Below, one piece after another: positions 51,289 through 62,659 of a stretch of DNA of 64,000 bases. Made by a program: the position numbers and the translations under genes. This stretch comes from Octopus bimaculoides (lineage: Eukaryota): contig NC_068984.1 of the NCBI RefSeq assembly GCF_001194135.2, positions 52,519,902 to 52,583,901 of the forward strand, written 5' to 3'. How positions within the stretch are numbered: position 1 is the stretch's first letter; each line of letters begins with the position of its first letter. The notes below the pieces were generated by a model that worked only from the letters and a program-made list of their open reading frames with translations, was not told the DNA's origin and made no database searches.

Positions 51289-53218
51289 ATTTCTTTATTA
51301 CCCATAAAGGGCTGTAATACTTCGACCGAGCGAACCAAAGGAGATGGCGACGTAGACGGAAACTGGTAGACAGTACATTGGTGGTGAAGACCTCGGCGCT
51401 GGAACTGGCTGTAGCTGTGTTCTGTATGTGTGGTCAGCGACCAGACCTGTGAGAGATCTGAAGTCGAAGACGAATACCGTCGTTGGATCGGGCTTATTTA
51501 TAGGCGAAATAGGGCTCACCGGAAACCCAGAAAAACTCCGTCTCATGTGACTTATCCTAAGGCCATGATTGGACGTAATGCCCCCTTAGCAAGCAGAACA
51601 CGGGGACAATTGCCGCGCAAATAAGAACCAATCAGGATGGTGGACAGAAAAGTCCCAGGCAGCCGAAGGCTAGATGTTAGCAGCTTCGTTATCATTTGTG
51701 ATTGAATGCCCGAGAGAGAGGTTTCACAACAGGGCTATACAAAGAATTTTTAAGACATCACAAAACATAAAGACAGTACAAAACGCAAACATAAAATCGG
51801 GGTAATTAAAATAAAATGATAATATGCAAAAATGAAAAAAATGAGGCGCAATGGCCACTCGATCCCCAAAGTCGGGTGGTTACATTTATTCAGTTTTTTA
51901 CTTTTACTTAAACATCATGTATACATTTTAACGGTTTTGCAACTTAAAAAAATTTGAAATACTCGCGTTATTTTTCTTCCATTAATCACTGTTACTTTCG
52001 TCTTTATCAACTGCAAATAATCAGTTTTAGGGGGTGGTGTCTCCACCAACCATACCCGTTTCGTTATTATATTTTCACCAAGTTCTTTTATGTACTCCCA
52101 GTAGTTTTCCTCATGTATCAAAATGCATTTCTCAGCACATTTCTCAGGCATCTTCACTCTTATTATTTCCTCCAACCTCTCGACTTTTTTCTCCATCTGC
52201 TCGCAATTCTCGTACTTTATCAAAACCCCCTTGTATTTGACATCTCTTCTTGTACATTATTAGTGTCTAGCTTTTCTATCACTTTTATGTTTTCTGTTGA
52301 CTTATTTTTCCTTCGCTTTTTAGGGTTAGTAGCTCCATTTTCGTTCTTCTTTGTTTTCTTTGTTTCACACTTCTGTCTCTCATTCATTTCCTCAGCGTTG
52401 TCTACAATGTTTTCCTCCTCTGCTTGTGCTTTCTCTTGCTGTGGCTGTGTGAGCTCATATAGGGGGCATCTGGTCTTCATATGACCTCTTTCCCTGCATA
52501 TGTAACAATTTGGTTTCCTTCCCTCGACTACAACATTTAATGTTCTCTCATCCTCCACTTCTATCTGGTAGGGAATTCTTTCTATGTCCTCCAATGTGGC
52601 AAAAAGCCACATTTCGAGTCCAAATCCCCACCATTTGTGCACTTTTGATTTCGCCACTGGTCCCANNNNNNNNNNNNNNNNNNNNNNNNNNNNNNNNNNN
52701 NNNNNNNNNNNNNNNNNNNNNNNNNNNNNNNNNNNNNNNNNNNNNNNNNNNNNNNNNNNNNNNNNNNNNNNNNNNNNNNNNNNNNNNNNNNNNNNNNNNN
52801 NNNNNNNNNNNNNNNNNNNNNNNNNNNNNNNNNNNNNNNNNNNNNNNNNNNNNNNNNNNNNNNNNNNNNNNNNNNNNNNNNNNNNNNNNGATACACTACT
52901 GTCCTCAGAATTTTATTTTCTTTAGTCTCTTTTGGGGGACACAATTTGTATGAGTCTCCCTCAACTTCTATCAAATTCCTGCTTCTGGTCACCTCCTCCA
53001 TATCCAACTTGATCAACTTGGTTTCTAGCGGCACTGGCTTCCTCACCGCAGTGGCGTAGCTCTCCATACTGGAGACACTACCACTTGCCATAGCTGGGGG
53101 AAATTGCAGCAGCTCGCGTGAAACGTAACCGTAATAATTCCACAAAAATCACAATTATTTACCGAGACAGTTTTCACAAAGTAACAGAATAGTATTCACA
53201 ATAATTCACAGAGCCGTT
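51289..53218 (-). mobile_element. ORF1-only non-LTR retroelement (gag-like CCHC protein), bounded by a 6-bp TSD ATACCG
   Basis: ATG at 53091 (MASGSVSSMESYATAVRK), N gap inside the ORF, ...TLNVVVEGRKPNCYICRERGHMKTRCP (CX2CX4HX4C), acidic/basic linker, C-terminal IIRVKMP segment to 51915, about 200 bp 3' UTR, tail ...GGGTAATAAAGAAAT; TSD at 51283-88 and 53219-24. Confidence 0.8.
51313..51731 (-). mobile_element. Solo LTR (419 bp), 4-bp TSD GGGC
   Basis: Begins TGTAA and ends AACA; GGGC at 51309-12 and 51732-35; minus-strand TATAAATA near 51495-51502 with CCAAT upstream. Confidence 0.75.
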
Positions 53219-53289
53219 ATACCGCGAAGCAGTTCGACCGGCGTGTTAACGTTTCTGCCAGCTTGCCGCTTTTTAAGTTCCAAATATTG

Positions 53290-53470
53290 CCATAACTTAA
53301 ATTTTGTCTGTATATTGACTACAATAATACCTTTTGCAATGTTTGTAAAGAAGGGAGATGTAATGAAAGTGACTTTACGTTAAGATGTGGAGACAAAGTG
53401 TGACGTCACGAGTTTGTGATGTATGACGTAACAAATACACATAGTAATGGCTGCGCAGTGTGTCGTGTCG
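53290..53470 (+). mobile_element. Possible LTR-retrotransposon 3' remnant (PPT plus LTR start)
   Basis: Polypurine AAAGAAGGGAGA immediately followed by TGTAATG. Confidence 0.35.
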
Positions 53471-53729
53471 TAATTTACAACCAGGGTCCATACAAAATTT
53501 TGGTGGGGTCCACAAAAACAAAATAGTAAATTGAAGATTCACAGTAGTATATTAAAAGTCCATGAAAAAGTTTTGATTTAGATGTATTTATAGCAAGAAA
53601 CAGCTAAATTTTACATAGTGCAACCTGCACAAGTTGATGTGTGAATAACAAAACAGGAATTTTGAAAGAAGTTTCTATAAAACTAGTTTTGGATCTATTT
53701 CAAAATGGGGGCACCAGTATTTTCTTAAC

Positions 53730-54449
53730 GAAACACTTTCAAACTTGGGACACTGGTAGAATGTGTCATATAAAACATCTTTTACTCTTAGTCTTCTTAA
53801 CAAAAAAATGTACATCGCAAGTTATTCCATGTTAAAGTTGTCGTATTTCTGTAATTTCAACCAATCACTGACGTCTATTCAGCTGAATAGAGTTACTGCT
53901 GGGCGGTCATAAAAATGTTATTCCCTGTGACATATTTCATCCGGTTTAATCGTAATTTATACGCATATATTGTTTATATAATAAATTACGCTGTGCGTAT
54001 CTATGTGTGTAACAATTTTAGAGTTCGGATTCTAGAGTTAGGGTTAGGGTTAGGGGATTAATACGATATACACCGTTACAGCGCTAACTGTTTTCAACTG
54101 AATAGACGTCAGTGATTAGTAGAAATTATCGAAATAAGACAATTTTTTTACATGAAATAAATTCGAATACAAAATTTTTTTTCTGTTCTATAACACAAAA
54201 TAGATAAGATCCCTAGTTTTTAAACATCGAATGGCTATAGGGTCCACCAGAATAGAATAGTAGAATATTTTCCCTTTACAGCAGTAATTGTTTTCACCTC
54301 AATAGACGTCATTGATTGGTTGAAATTACTGAAATACGACAACTTTAACACGAAATAACTTCGAAAATAAAGAATTTTCTTAAAAACGCCAAGAGTAAAT
54401 GATGTTTTAAATGACACATTCTATCAGTATACGAAATTTGAAAGTGTTT
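53730..54449. mobile_element. Second, composite copy of the long-TIR element, with (TTAGGG)3
   Basis: GAAACACTTTCAAAC left arm; right-type arms at about 54085-54200 and 54275-54449; (TTAGGG)3 at 54038-54055. Confidence 0.7.
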
Positions 54450-56352
54450 AGTTACAAAAAATTATTTTTTCTATGTGCCGGCCAAAAGGAAAAGATCCGA
54501 ATACTAATCAAAGGGGTCCAAGGATAGATTAAAAAATTGGCTAAGAACCACTGGTGTATACTTACGGTCTGCTCGGTCAGTGCAACGTTGACGAGAAACA
54601 TCGATTTTTAGGACAACATAATCTTTTCTATTATTATTACTATTTAGTTGGATGGGGAGGCAACACACGTTCCTTTTACCTGGTACTCGAGACTTGTAGG
54701 AGGGAGAGAAGAAAGATGGGATCCTCAAATTTGAGACCTGCCCCGAATTCTCGTAACAGAGTGGGTTCTTCTATAGACATTCAAAGTACCATGTGTTGGT
54801 ATTAAGCTGGACGACGAATTAAGTTTATTACCCAAGTAAGTCATGGTAGGGTTTGAAATCAGAACACAAAGAACTGGGACAAATACCGCAAAACAGCTAC
54901 TCGACATTCTTACAGTTCCTCTTATTCACTGCTCTGAATTAGTACCTATTATCGACCGCGCAGAGATGAAAGACAAGAGGTAACCTCGGCGTACTTTAAA
55001 GTGAGAGTGTAGAGAGCCGGATACAATGTCACCGCGTTAATTTAAGTAAAGTTTCTGCATAATGTATCTCTACCAAATTAAACTTCGCTTTGTAGGGGCC
55101 TCACTGAAGACTCTGTCTTCATACAACTTGGCTTAGACTGGCAATACTTATCTCTCTTGGAACTATATCTAGAGGAGGATTTCAACTGAGCATGACAAAC
55201 TAACGAAATACATGATAATTTTACAATGAGAAAAGTTGCAAGCTGGCAGAATCGTTTGCATGTCAGACAAAATGCTTAGTGGCATTTTTTCCGACTCATT
55301 TCGTTCTAAGTTTAAATTTAGCCAACTTTGCATTTCATGCTTCGGATTCAATAAAATAAATACCAATCAAGTACTCTCCTCAAAACACTGCTGGCCTAGT
55401 GCCAGAATTAGATATCAATTTTATGGCGAGAAGTTGTTCTTACATTGAAGTAGAATGAGCGATTTAGAGAGTTAAATGTGTCACTGACAAGATACGATTT
55501 CTCAGTAATCCACTCGGTTACCTATGCTTTTAAAACTAGTGAAATAAAACAAAAAAAAAAGTTTATGACTTAATAATAAATGTAATCATAAACCGATATT
55601 TTAATGTAAGTAAACTGAATAATAATTTTAAGTCGACCTTAATGGCATAAAGCTATGAAAATAGTTTGAAAAACATAAACAACAAAAAAACGTATACGAT
55701 ATATCTACAATTTGTTGTGAATTAGTTAGATACAATATAGTTAATATAATTAATATAATTAATTCCTTCACTCTCACTATTAAAATATTTATGTTTAAAC
55801 AGATTTTGTAAAATAGTGTTGAATAAAACTTATTTATCTCTTTACCATAAACAGACTCACTGTCTTGCCAGTCTTTCTTAGTATTTATTCAATAAACAAT
55901 AGGCCAGGAATTGGTGAAAATGTATCCTAATAAAGACCTTGAAATGAGCATTTATTTACATATGTTTCTTTAGAAGTAGAAATGTAGGTGATGAAATTTT
56001 TCGTGAAATTCTATAAACAAATAATGTGTTTGAGTTTAGTTTTATGCAAGCATAACATTTGCTGCAGTATATACAACGATAACAATGACTCAGACATTTG
56101 CCATTATCTCAGCCATTTTGAAATTAAATCTTACAAAAATGAAAAGGAAAATACCAATAACAACAAAAATGTATATGAAATGTTAATCATTCATGAACAT
56201 CCTCTACTTCTGCTTTCGGACATTCTGTAAAGTGGAAATATGTTTATTTTTATATTTTGTTGAATAGATAAAATCTTGGCAGTGAAAACCACCACCGTCT
56301 TCTTCCAGTTAATTCATCTCTCTCTCTCTCTCACTGAATTTCACTTCATTTT

Positions 56353-56361
56353 CAGGTAAGT
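56353..56361 (+). promoter_or_regulatory. Juxtaposed 3'/5' splice motif (candidate recursive splice site, or a donor)
   Basis: Long pyrimidine tract (CT)n...TTTCACTTCATTTTCAG directly followed by GTAAGT. Confidence 0.3.
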
Positions 56362-56543
56362 TGGCACGATTACCAAGAATAAAAGAGCAGGTCCCTGGTA
56401 GATCTGCTTTTACGGAAGTCATATTGCTGGTCACATATACATAAATGCTTATTTAAAGAGAGAGAAAGAGAGATTCAAGGTGTTGGAAGAAGGTGGTTGT
56501 TCACGGCTGCTTCTACCAACTTTGAGATATCAAAAGTGTAAGC

Positions 56544-56795
56544 CAGTGGTTCTCAACCATTTTATGTCTATGGACCTCTTTGATTCCTATTTTACTCTAC
56601 TGAACCTCCATAGATATTCGATGTATATTAAAAAGAAATCCTACTGTATTTTTATAATTAGATATTAGGAATTCTATAAATAATTAAAATATTTTGTGTA
56701 TTGTAGAAGTATAAGCAATTTATCGCATATAAATTTTAACAACAAAATGTTATATGGACGCCCAAAGGCCATATGGACCCGGTTGAGAACCACTG
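56544..56795. mobile_element. Intact hAT (Charlie-like) MITE, 252 bp
   Basis: Perfect 15-bp TIRs CAGTGGTTCTCAACC/GGTTGAGAACCACTG; perfect 8-bp TSD GTGTAAGC (56536-43, 56796-803). Confidence 0.92.
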
Positions 56796-57228
56796 GTGTA
56801 AGCGATAGGTGGATAGTTCGCTGTGCTAGAGGGATTGATGATGTTGAGATTTGGACACTATTGCATGTTCCAGAGAGAAAGAGACTTTTGAAGAGCTGCA
56901 CTTCTTATAGCTCTGACGCTCATCATTTGTATAGTGTCTGTGACAATCATTCGAATCACTTTCTCTTGACGGTAACTCTCGGTACATGCAATCCTGATCC
57001 CTTGGAAATGACCCAGAGATCCACAAGACGTCTGTTTTCTAACGTAATTGTGAACAAAAGCGAAAACAAAGTTATTGCTCTTTATTTCAACAACTTCTTC
57101 AACTGCATCTAATACATCTCACCAAACTACCATCTCCTCATGAACAACACGATTAAAAGTATTACAATCCCTTGTCTCTCAATATCTATTGACCTCTCCT
57201 GACACCCGTTAGGGCTGAGTTAAGACTA

Positions 57229-58695
57229 ATTTCTTTATTTGGCACTTCCGGCCACAACACAGAGGGGGACACTACAAGGACAGACACATTACAATGTAGA
57301 TATAAAACGAATGACAATGAGATATTATATAATGAAGAAATGAAATGGCTGCATGGGCCCCAGTACCATTTGAACGTTTATATTTACCATCATTCACTTT
57401 TCTATTGTTTTTCTTAATTATCTGTTTTTTCTCTCTTTTTTTTTTCCCTTTTTTTTTAATAACACAAAACACTTACTTTTTTCTTCTTCTTTTTCTTCCT
57501 TTTTTCCCAAACAATTTTACTCTTCTTTTTTTTTTAATATCTCATAAACGGCTCCAAGTCCTTGAGTTCGATTACTGGTGGCAGCTTGTCGAACTCCACC
57601 GCTACTCCCGGCAGGTCAATTTTGTCTCTGCACATGTCTTTTAGTTTCCTGTATGTGTCCTTATCGACCACAATGGCCTTCACATTTTCAGAGTACACAT
57701 CTGTGGGTAACTTTACTCTAATAATATGCTTAAATTTTAAAATTTTTTTCTCCGTCTCCTTGTTTTTTTAATATGTCACAAAATTCCATTTGTTTTTTTC
57801 CTTTTCTTGGATTTTTTCTTTTCTTCTTCTGCTACTGGTGTCTTTCCCTCTTCAACTTCATACAATTTCTCTATTTCTCCCTCGCACAGTTGCATTCCTG
57901 AATCTTTTTCCTTCACTGGGACAACTGGCATCATTAGCACTGTTTCCTCCTTCTGCAAATCCACTTTTTTAATAATTGCCTTCTCTCTTTCTTTCTCCAT
58001 CACCTCTTCGTCTGCCTTCCTTCTGGTCACAGCTTTCTTTTCCACCTCTTCTTTCTTCTTTTTCTGGTTCTCTGGTGGCGAGTTCGTTCTTCCACTTCTC
58101 CTTCGTTTCCTTTCCACCACCGTGAATCCCTCCTCCGTTGTATTTTCTTCCATATCTACTTGTACTACCTGGTTCGTGCTCTCCTGCTTTTCTGTCTGTT
58201 CTCTCTGTGGGCATCTCGCCTTCATGTAGCCTTTCTCGCCACATGCAAAACATAGGCGGTCTGCCCTCCACTTTCACTCTCAATCTTAGGTCGTCGGGCA
58301 GCACTATCTCCTCATCGATTTCATTTAAATCTTCCATTGTTGCCTGGATAGTGAGTTCAATTCCATATCCCCAGTAATCAATATTTTGTGTTCTTGTGGC
58401 CTTCAATATCTTGGCCTCTTCCTTCATATTGAACATTATTGCTGTCATCAGCCATGCTTCTTCTAGCTCTGGGAGTACTTTGCCTACTCGCACTCTGGCC
58501 ACACGTTTGCCACAGTACGACGGCAACAGCACCCATTCCTCCGATCGTATAGCCTCCGTGGAGTTCTTAATTGCTTCTACTTCTGTTGCAAAGCGCACCT
58601 CCACGGTGGCATACTTTCTTCCTCAAGACTAACTGATGTCCTAAGCTCAGCCCAGCAATAACGCTCTCTCGACCTTTCCAGGTCTGACTGACAAA
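57229..58695 (-). mobile_element. Second, divergent ORF1-only non-LTR retroelement (5'-truncated)
   Basis: VEVRFATE...YCGKRVARVRVG...YWGYGIEL...LRVKVEGRPP then frameshifted CFACGEKGYMKARCP knuckle, FTVVERKRRR linker, IIRVKLP C-terminal segment to a stop near 57537, A-rich UTR, tail TGTCTGTCCTTGTAGTGTCCCCCTCTGTGT...AATAAAGAAAT. Confidence 0.8.
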
Positions 58696-61600
58696 ACATA
58701 TTTTATGTGAAATAAGCTTAAAATTCAGTTTACTTCCAAGTCAGACCACAACAATTATATAAGCCGTTTTTTTTTTAAAACTTCATATTATTTATGAAAA
58801 CTGCTAATTTCCAACACTTTATAGTTCATTTTTTTCAAACTTTTCTTATTTACCATTTGCATAATGGTAAATCCGGCACTAGAAAAATAAAACGTGCGAT
58901 GCCTTCCCCTAACACCCAAACATCTGCTTATATTATTACATGTTTAATTATTAATTCAAACCTCATAAGAATATATCTGAAACAAAACGGGATTCCCTCT
59001 TTTACGTGAGATAATACTTGACGCTTTGCTGTCCTGTGTATTTCATATGATAAGCAGAACATATTTCCTTGGCGTCCATGCATCATATATGATATACATT
59101 CCCAATTTCCTTCAACTATCAGAGTAACTTGGGACTAATGAAAGGAAAGCTTTATATTACTGAGAACTTACTACAATACCTCGCTTCAAATCCCATAAGA
59201 AACACTCTTCCATTCTTACCCATCCAGTACTGCGAACCTTATGTACATTCTCACAATAAATATATCTTAAGCAAAACTTTTTCATGGATCCTTAATATAA
59301 TACTGTAGATCCCTAATTTACTATTTTGCTTGCGTGGACCCCACCAAAATCTTAGATGGACCCCCAGGGATTAAGAACCACTGCTGTAGAACCTCACTCT
59401 GCCGTGACTAAGATGGATTCTACTCTACCATATTTATCGCCTGTCAAACTAAGCGATCATCTTGGGGGTTAGTATCGAGGGGCGTTATGCAAATTCTGAA
59501 CAACTTGAACAAAATTTCTTAATCCATCTAATTAAAGCAAAAAATTGGTAATAGTGAGAGCAGGCGAAGTCACTCTCGGAACAAAAGAGGATGGGAAGCA
59601 AAAGTAATGTGAGTGTGGGAGACGAGAGAACCGCTTGGTGTTATGACCTCGCATATTATTTGGAGCGAAACGTTTAAAATTGTGCCAACTAACAGATTTA
59701 TTCGATGACATACATAATCATAAAACTATAAATTTCTAGTAAGTAAATTATTTATAATTTTTCTACTGGATTTTTCAGCTTGTGTAAAAAGGGTGATGAG
59801 TGGAGGAAGTTGAGGAAAAAAACTGAAGGGACCACACAATTGAAAAGCTAGCATAAGGCACTAAATATTTTGGCGCCGGCTAAGATATGTAATGCCTTTT
59901 GCCAGAAATTTTAGAGCAGTTCCCTCAGTGTTGTCTTAAGCTTGGACACACTGGAGGTCCCACGGGTCTACAGGCTCAATGCTAATCTATATAGGGACGT
60001 TGCTTGGTGTCTGTAGGAAGTGCGAACGGCACAACGTGGTCCACTATATGAGGGTATGTTAAGATTAAGGAAGGCGTCAACGAAAACTTAACATACACTT
60101 GACTACAGAAACCACATAGCAGTCAAAATCCACCCTATGCCCCCGAATGTATATATTCTGTGATTGTGTGGTATGGGGATTCCAGTGCATTGTTTTACCT
60201 GGGACCCGGCAATGCTATTGAGACGGCCCTGAATGTCTGCATTCTGCCGTTTTGCTTGTCAATCAAAATATCTATTTAAATTAGTTTGAGAGATATATGA
60301 ATGACTGTTACACACAGGAGAACAAATTTTGTGGCTTAAACCATCATATCTACATTGTTTGAGAAGCCATAATGAAAACAATAATTACTTCTTTCTTACG
60401 TATTGTCTCTACTGAATGGTAATGAAAGGATTGCTGGAGCCACGTGCGACACTCTTTTCTTGACCCTCTTCATATTGCAGGTTAAGAAAAAGAAATTGTC
60501 CCAGTACCTGGCTGGTGATTAACTTATTTCCCCCCTTGGAAGGAGAAAAGGTAAATTTGGCATCAAGAGTGCAGAAAGCCGGAACAAATGCTGCTTGGTA
60601 TTATTCTAAACGATGCTCTAATGACTCTGCCATTTTACCGTCTTAATTAACGTTAGTTAATTACTGTTTTATTTTGGCCACCAATTAGTAAATCAAATTT
60701 CTATCATTGGTTTTAAATAATTGGGTTGCGTCATAACATACATATACAGCCCATATTTGAGCTCATGGATGCGATACTTACACAATTACAAGGTTAATAA
60801 ATGTCAGTATATCACTTTGCAATCAATCAGTGGGGTTTTATGTCATGTCTTTAATATTTCAAAGGTCATGATCGCAGTCGTTTTGATGAAACTCCTTAGA
60901 ACTAATCTTTTATAGAAAAAAAAATGAACTTATTAATATGGTGCTATAACAATAACTAATTCTTTTACTGGCCACAAGGGCTTACATAAAGTTACATGAA
61001 GAGATAAAGACAGGACAACACAAATGGGTTTTAAAGGCGTGTAAACAAAAAATAATAGAAAATTAAACAAATAAGGTTCCAATAGGGGGAGGCGTTCTTG
61101 TATTTTTCACAGGCGCATGCTCAAAATGGGTCCTTTCACACTGACCATTTTTCCGACATTCACCCACCTTTCAACAAATTTACTAGAAGGCAACATTTCC
61201 CTCTCCACTTTCACTTGCCTTTTCAAGTGAAACTTGAAAACGTTTATAATAATAATAACAATAAAAATCTTTATTAATTTGCTTGGATAAACGTTTTCCA
61301 TTTAAAAAACAAATTAAGTTTCTTTTTTTATTATTGTTATTTCAATTAATTCATTAATCGTTGCTATTCTCCTTAGCATTAAAGGGTAAATGAATGGAGA
61401 TGACTGCCTTCCTAGTATAACCAACAAGAGGACCTAAGTGATAACTAGTATGAATTTCACTTCTAAGAGCCTGCAGCACATTTACAATTGACCTTTCATA
61501 CAAATGAATGCTTGTTAATACGGTTTATTCCTTGTAGTTGTTTTCGCTGTTGCTATGGTTTTTTTGGGTTTTTTTCTGCCTACTCAACTTCCTCTTTCTC

Positions 61601-61868
61601 ATCGTCTCTCTCTCTCTCTCTCATCTTCTTTTGCCTCGTATTCTTTCTTATCCTTTATCACCTCTACTGCCCTTCCTCCTTCTTCACTTCCTTATTGCTA
61701 CCACAGTCTTAAACTATCTTAAACTATTTCTCGAGTTTAAATATATTGCCATATATCACGTTATATTCTATTCCACGAAAGCAGTTCTTCAAAGCTGGCA
61801 CACACCCCTACTTTTTTTTTTTTTTTTTTCAAAACCACTGAATACTGACCATTGAAGATGTCGTTCCA

Positions 61869-62530
61869 TCATGGCGTTAACTCTGGGTGGCGAAAACGAA
61901 TTAGAGAACGTCGATAGTCTGCAATAACTTGTATAGAAAGGACAAATACATTTTAGTAAGGAAGTTTCTGTAACTGTCAAAATTCCACATTAGAAGCTAG
62001 AAAAAATATCAAATAAATAAAGTAGAAATAGCTTACAGTATATTCTTAGCATGGAATAATATTGGCAGGCAGACATGACTTCTTTCTCTCTATATACAAA
62101 TATGGCAGAATTGACACAAACAAGTCGAGGGTCCGGAATAATAGTTTGCTTAAATATATTGGTTAATTAAACTCTTGTTGTAAACATCGGATAATGTAAA
62201 ATTCAAAAATTGACAATTAGAAATTGTAATTCTCTCATTAATCTCACCTTGTATAACGTTACTTCATTGAGCCAACGAGGGAACTTGTATACAGTCACTC
62301 GACATGCTAGAAATAACAGCCAAATTATACCCTATTGTCTCAAAAAAAACCCCCCAGAAAAGGACACATTTGATAGTGAAGTCCAAAGTGCCTCTAAAAA
62401 GATGAGATGGTCACAACAGGACTGCATTGAACATAAGTTTGCTCAACGAAAGCAACTTCACATCATTGTAACACTCTTACAAATTTGTTACCAGTTCAAA
62501 TATGCTTGGGGAACATGTTTTCACATTATA
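61869..62530 (-). CDS. Candidate last three coding exons of an unidentified gene (62481-62530, 62037-62089, 61869-61918)
   Basis: Each exon has a pyrimidine-rich AG acceptor; the two introns have GTAAG donors; phases (2, then 1) join into YNVKTCSPSIFELVTNLEKEVMSACQYYSMLRIYYYRRSLIRFRHPELTP*. No homologue recognised. Confidence 0.3.
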
Positions 62531-62659
62531 CTATATAAGAGAATTATTTCAATAATTAACATGCTGGAAAATTTACAAGTCTATGGTGATTCATTTATAA
62601 AGATTATATTTTAATATAATTTAAAAACTTCATGGTAAAAGGTTTTGTATTTTTCTACA

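Noticed and set aside
54038-54055. (TTAGGG)3 as a telomere or fusion scar
   Set aside because: Short and internal to a dispersed long-TIR element that is also present at 47 kb.
61100-61160. GCGCATGCTC and CAAAATGG as an NRF1/YY1-type promoter, or a CAG acceptor at 61112
   Set aside because: Short motifs that are common in repeats; no supporting first exon or ORF.
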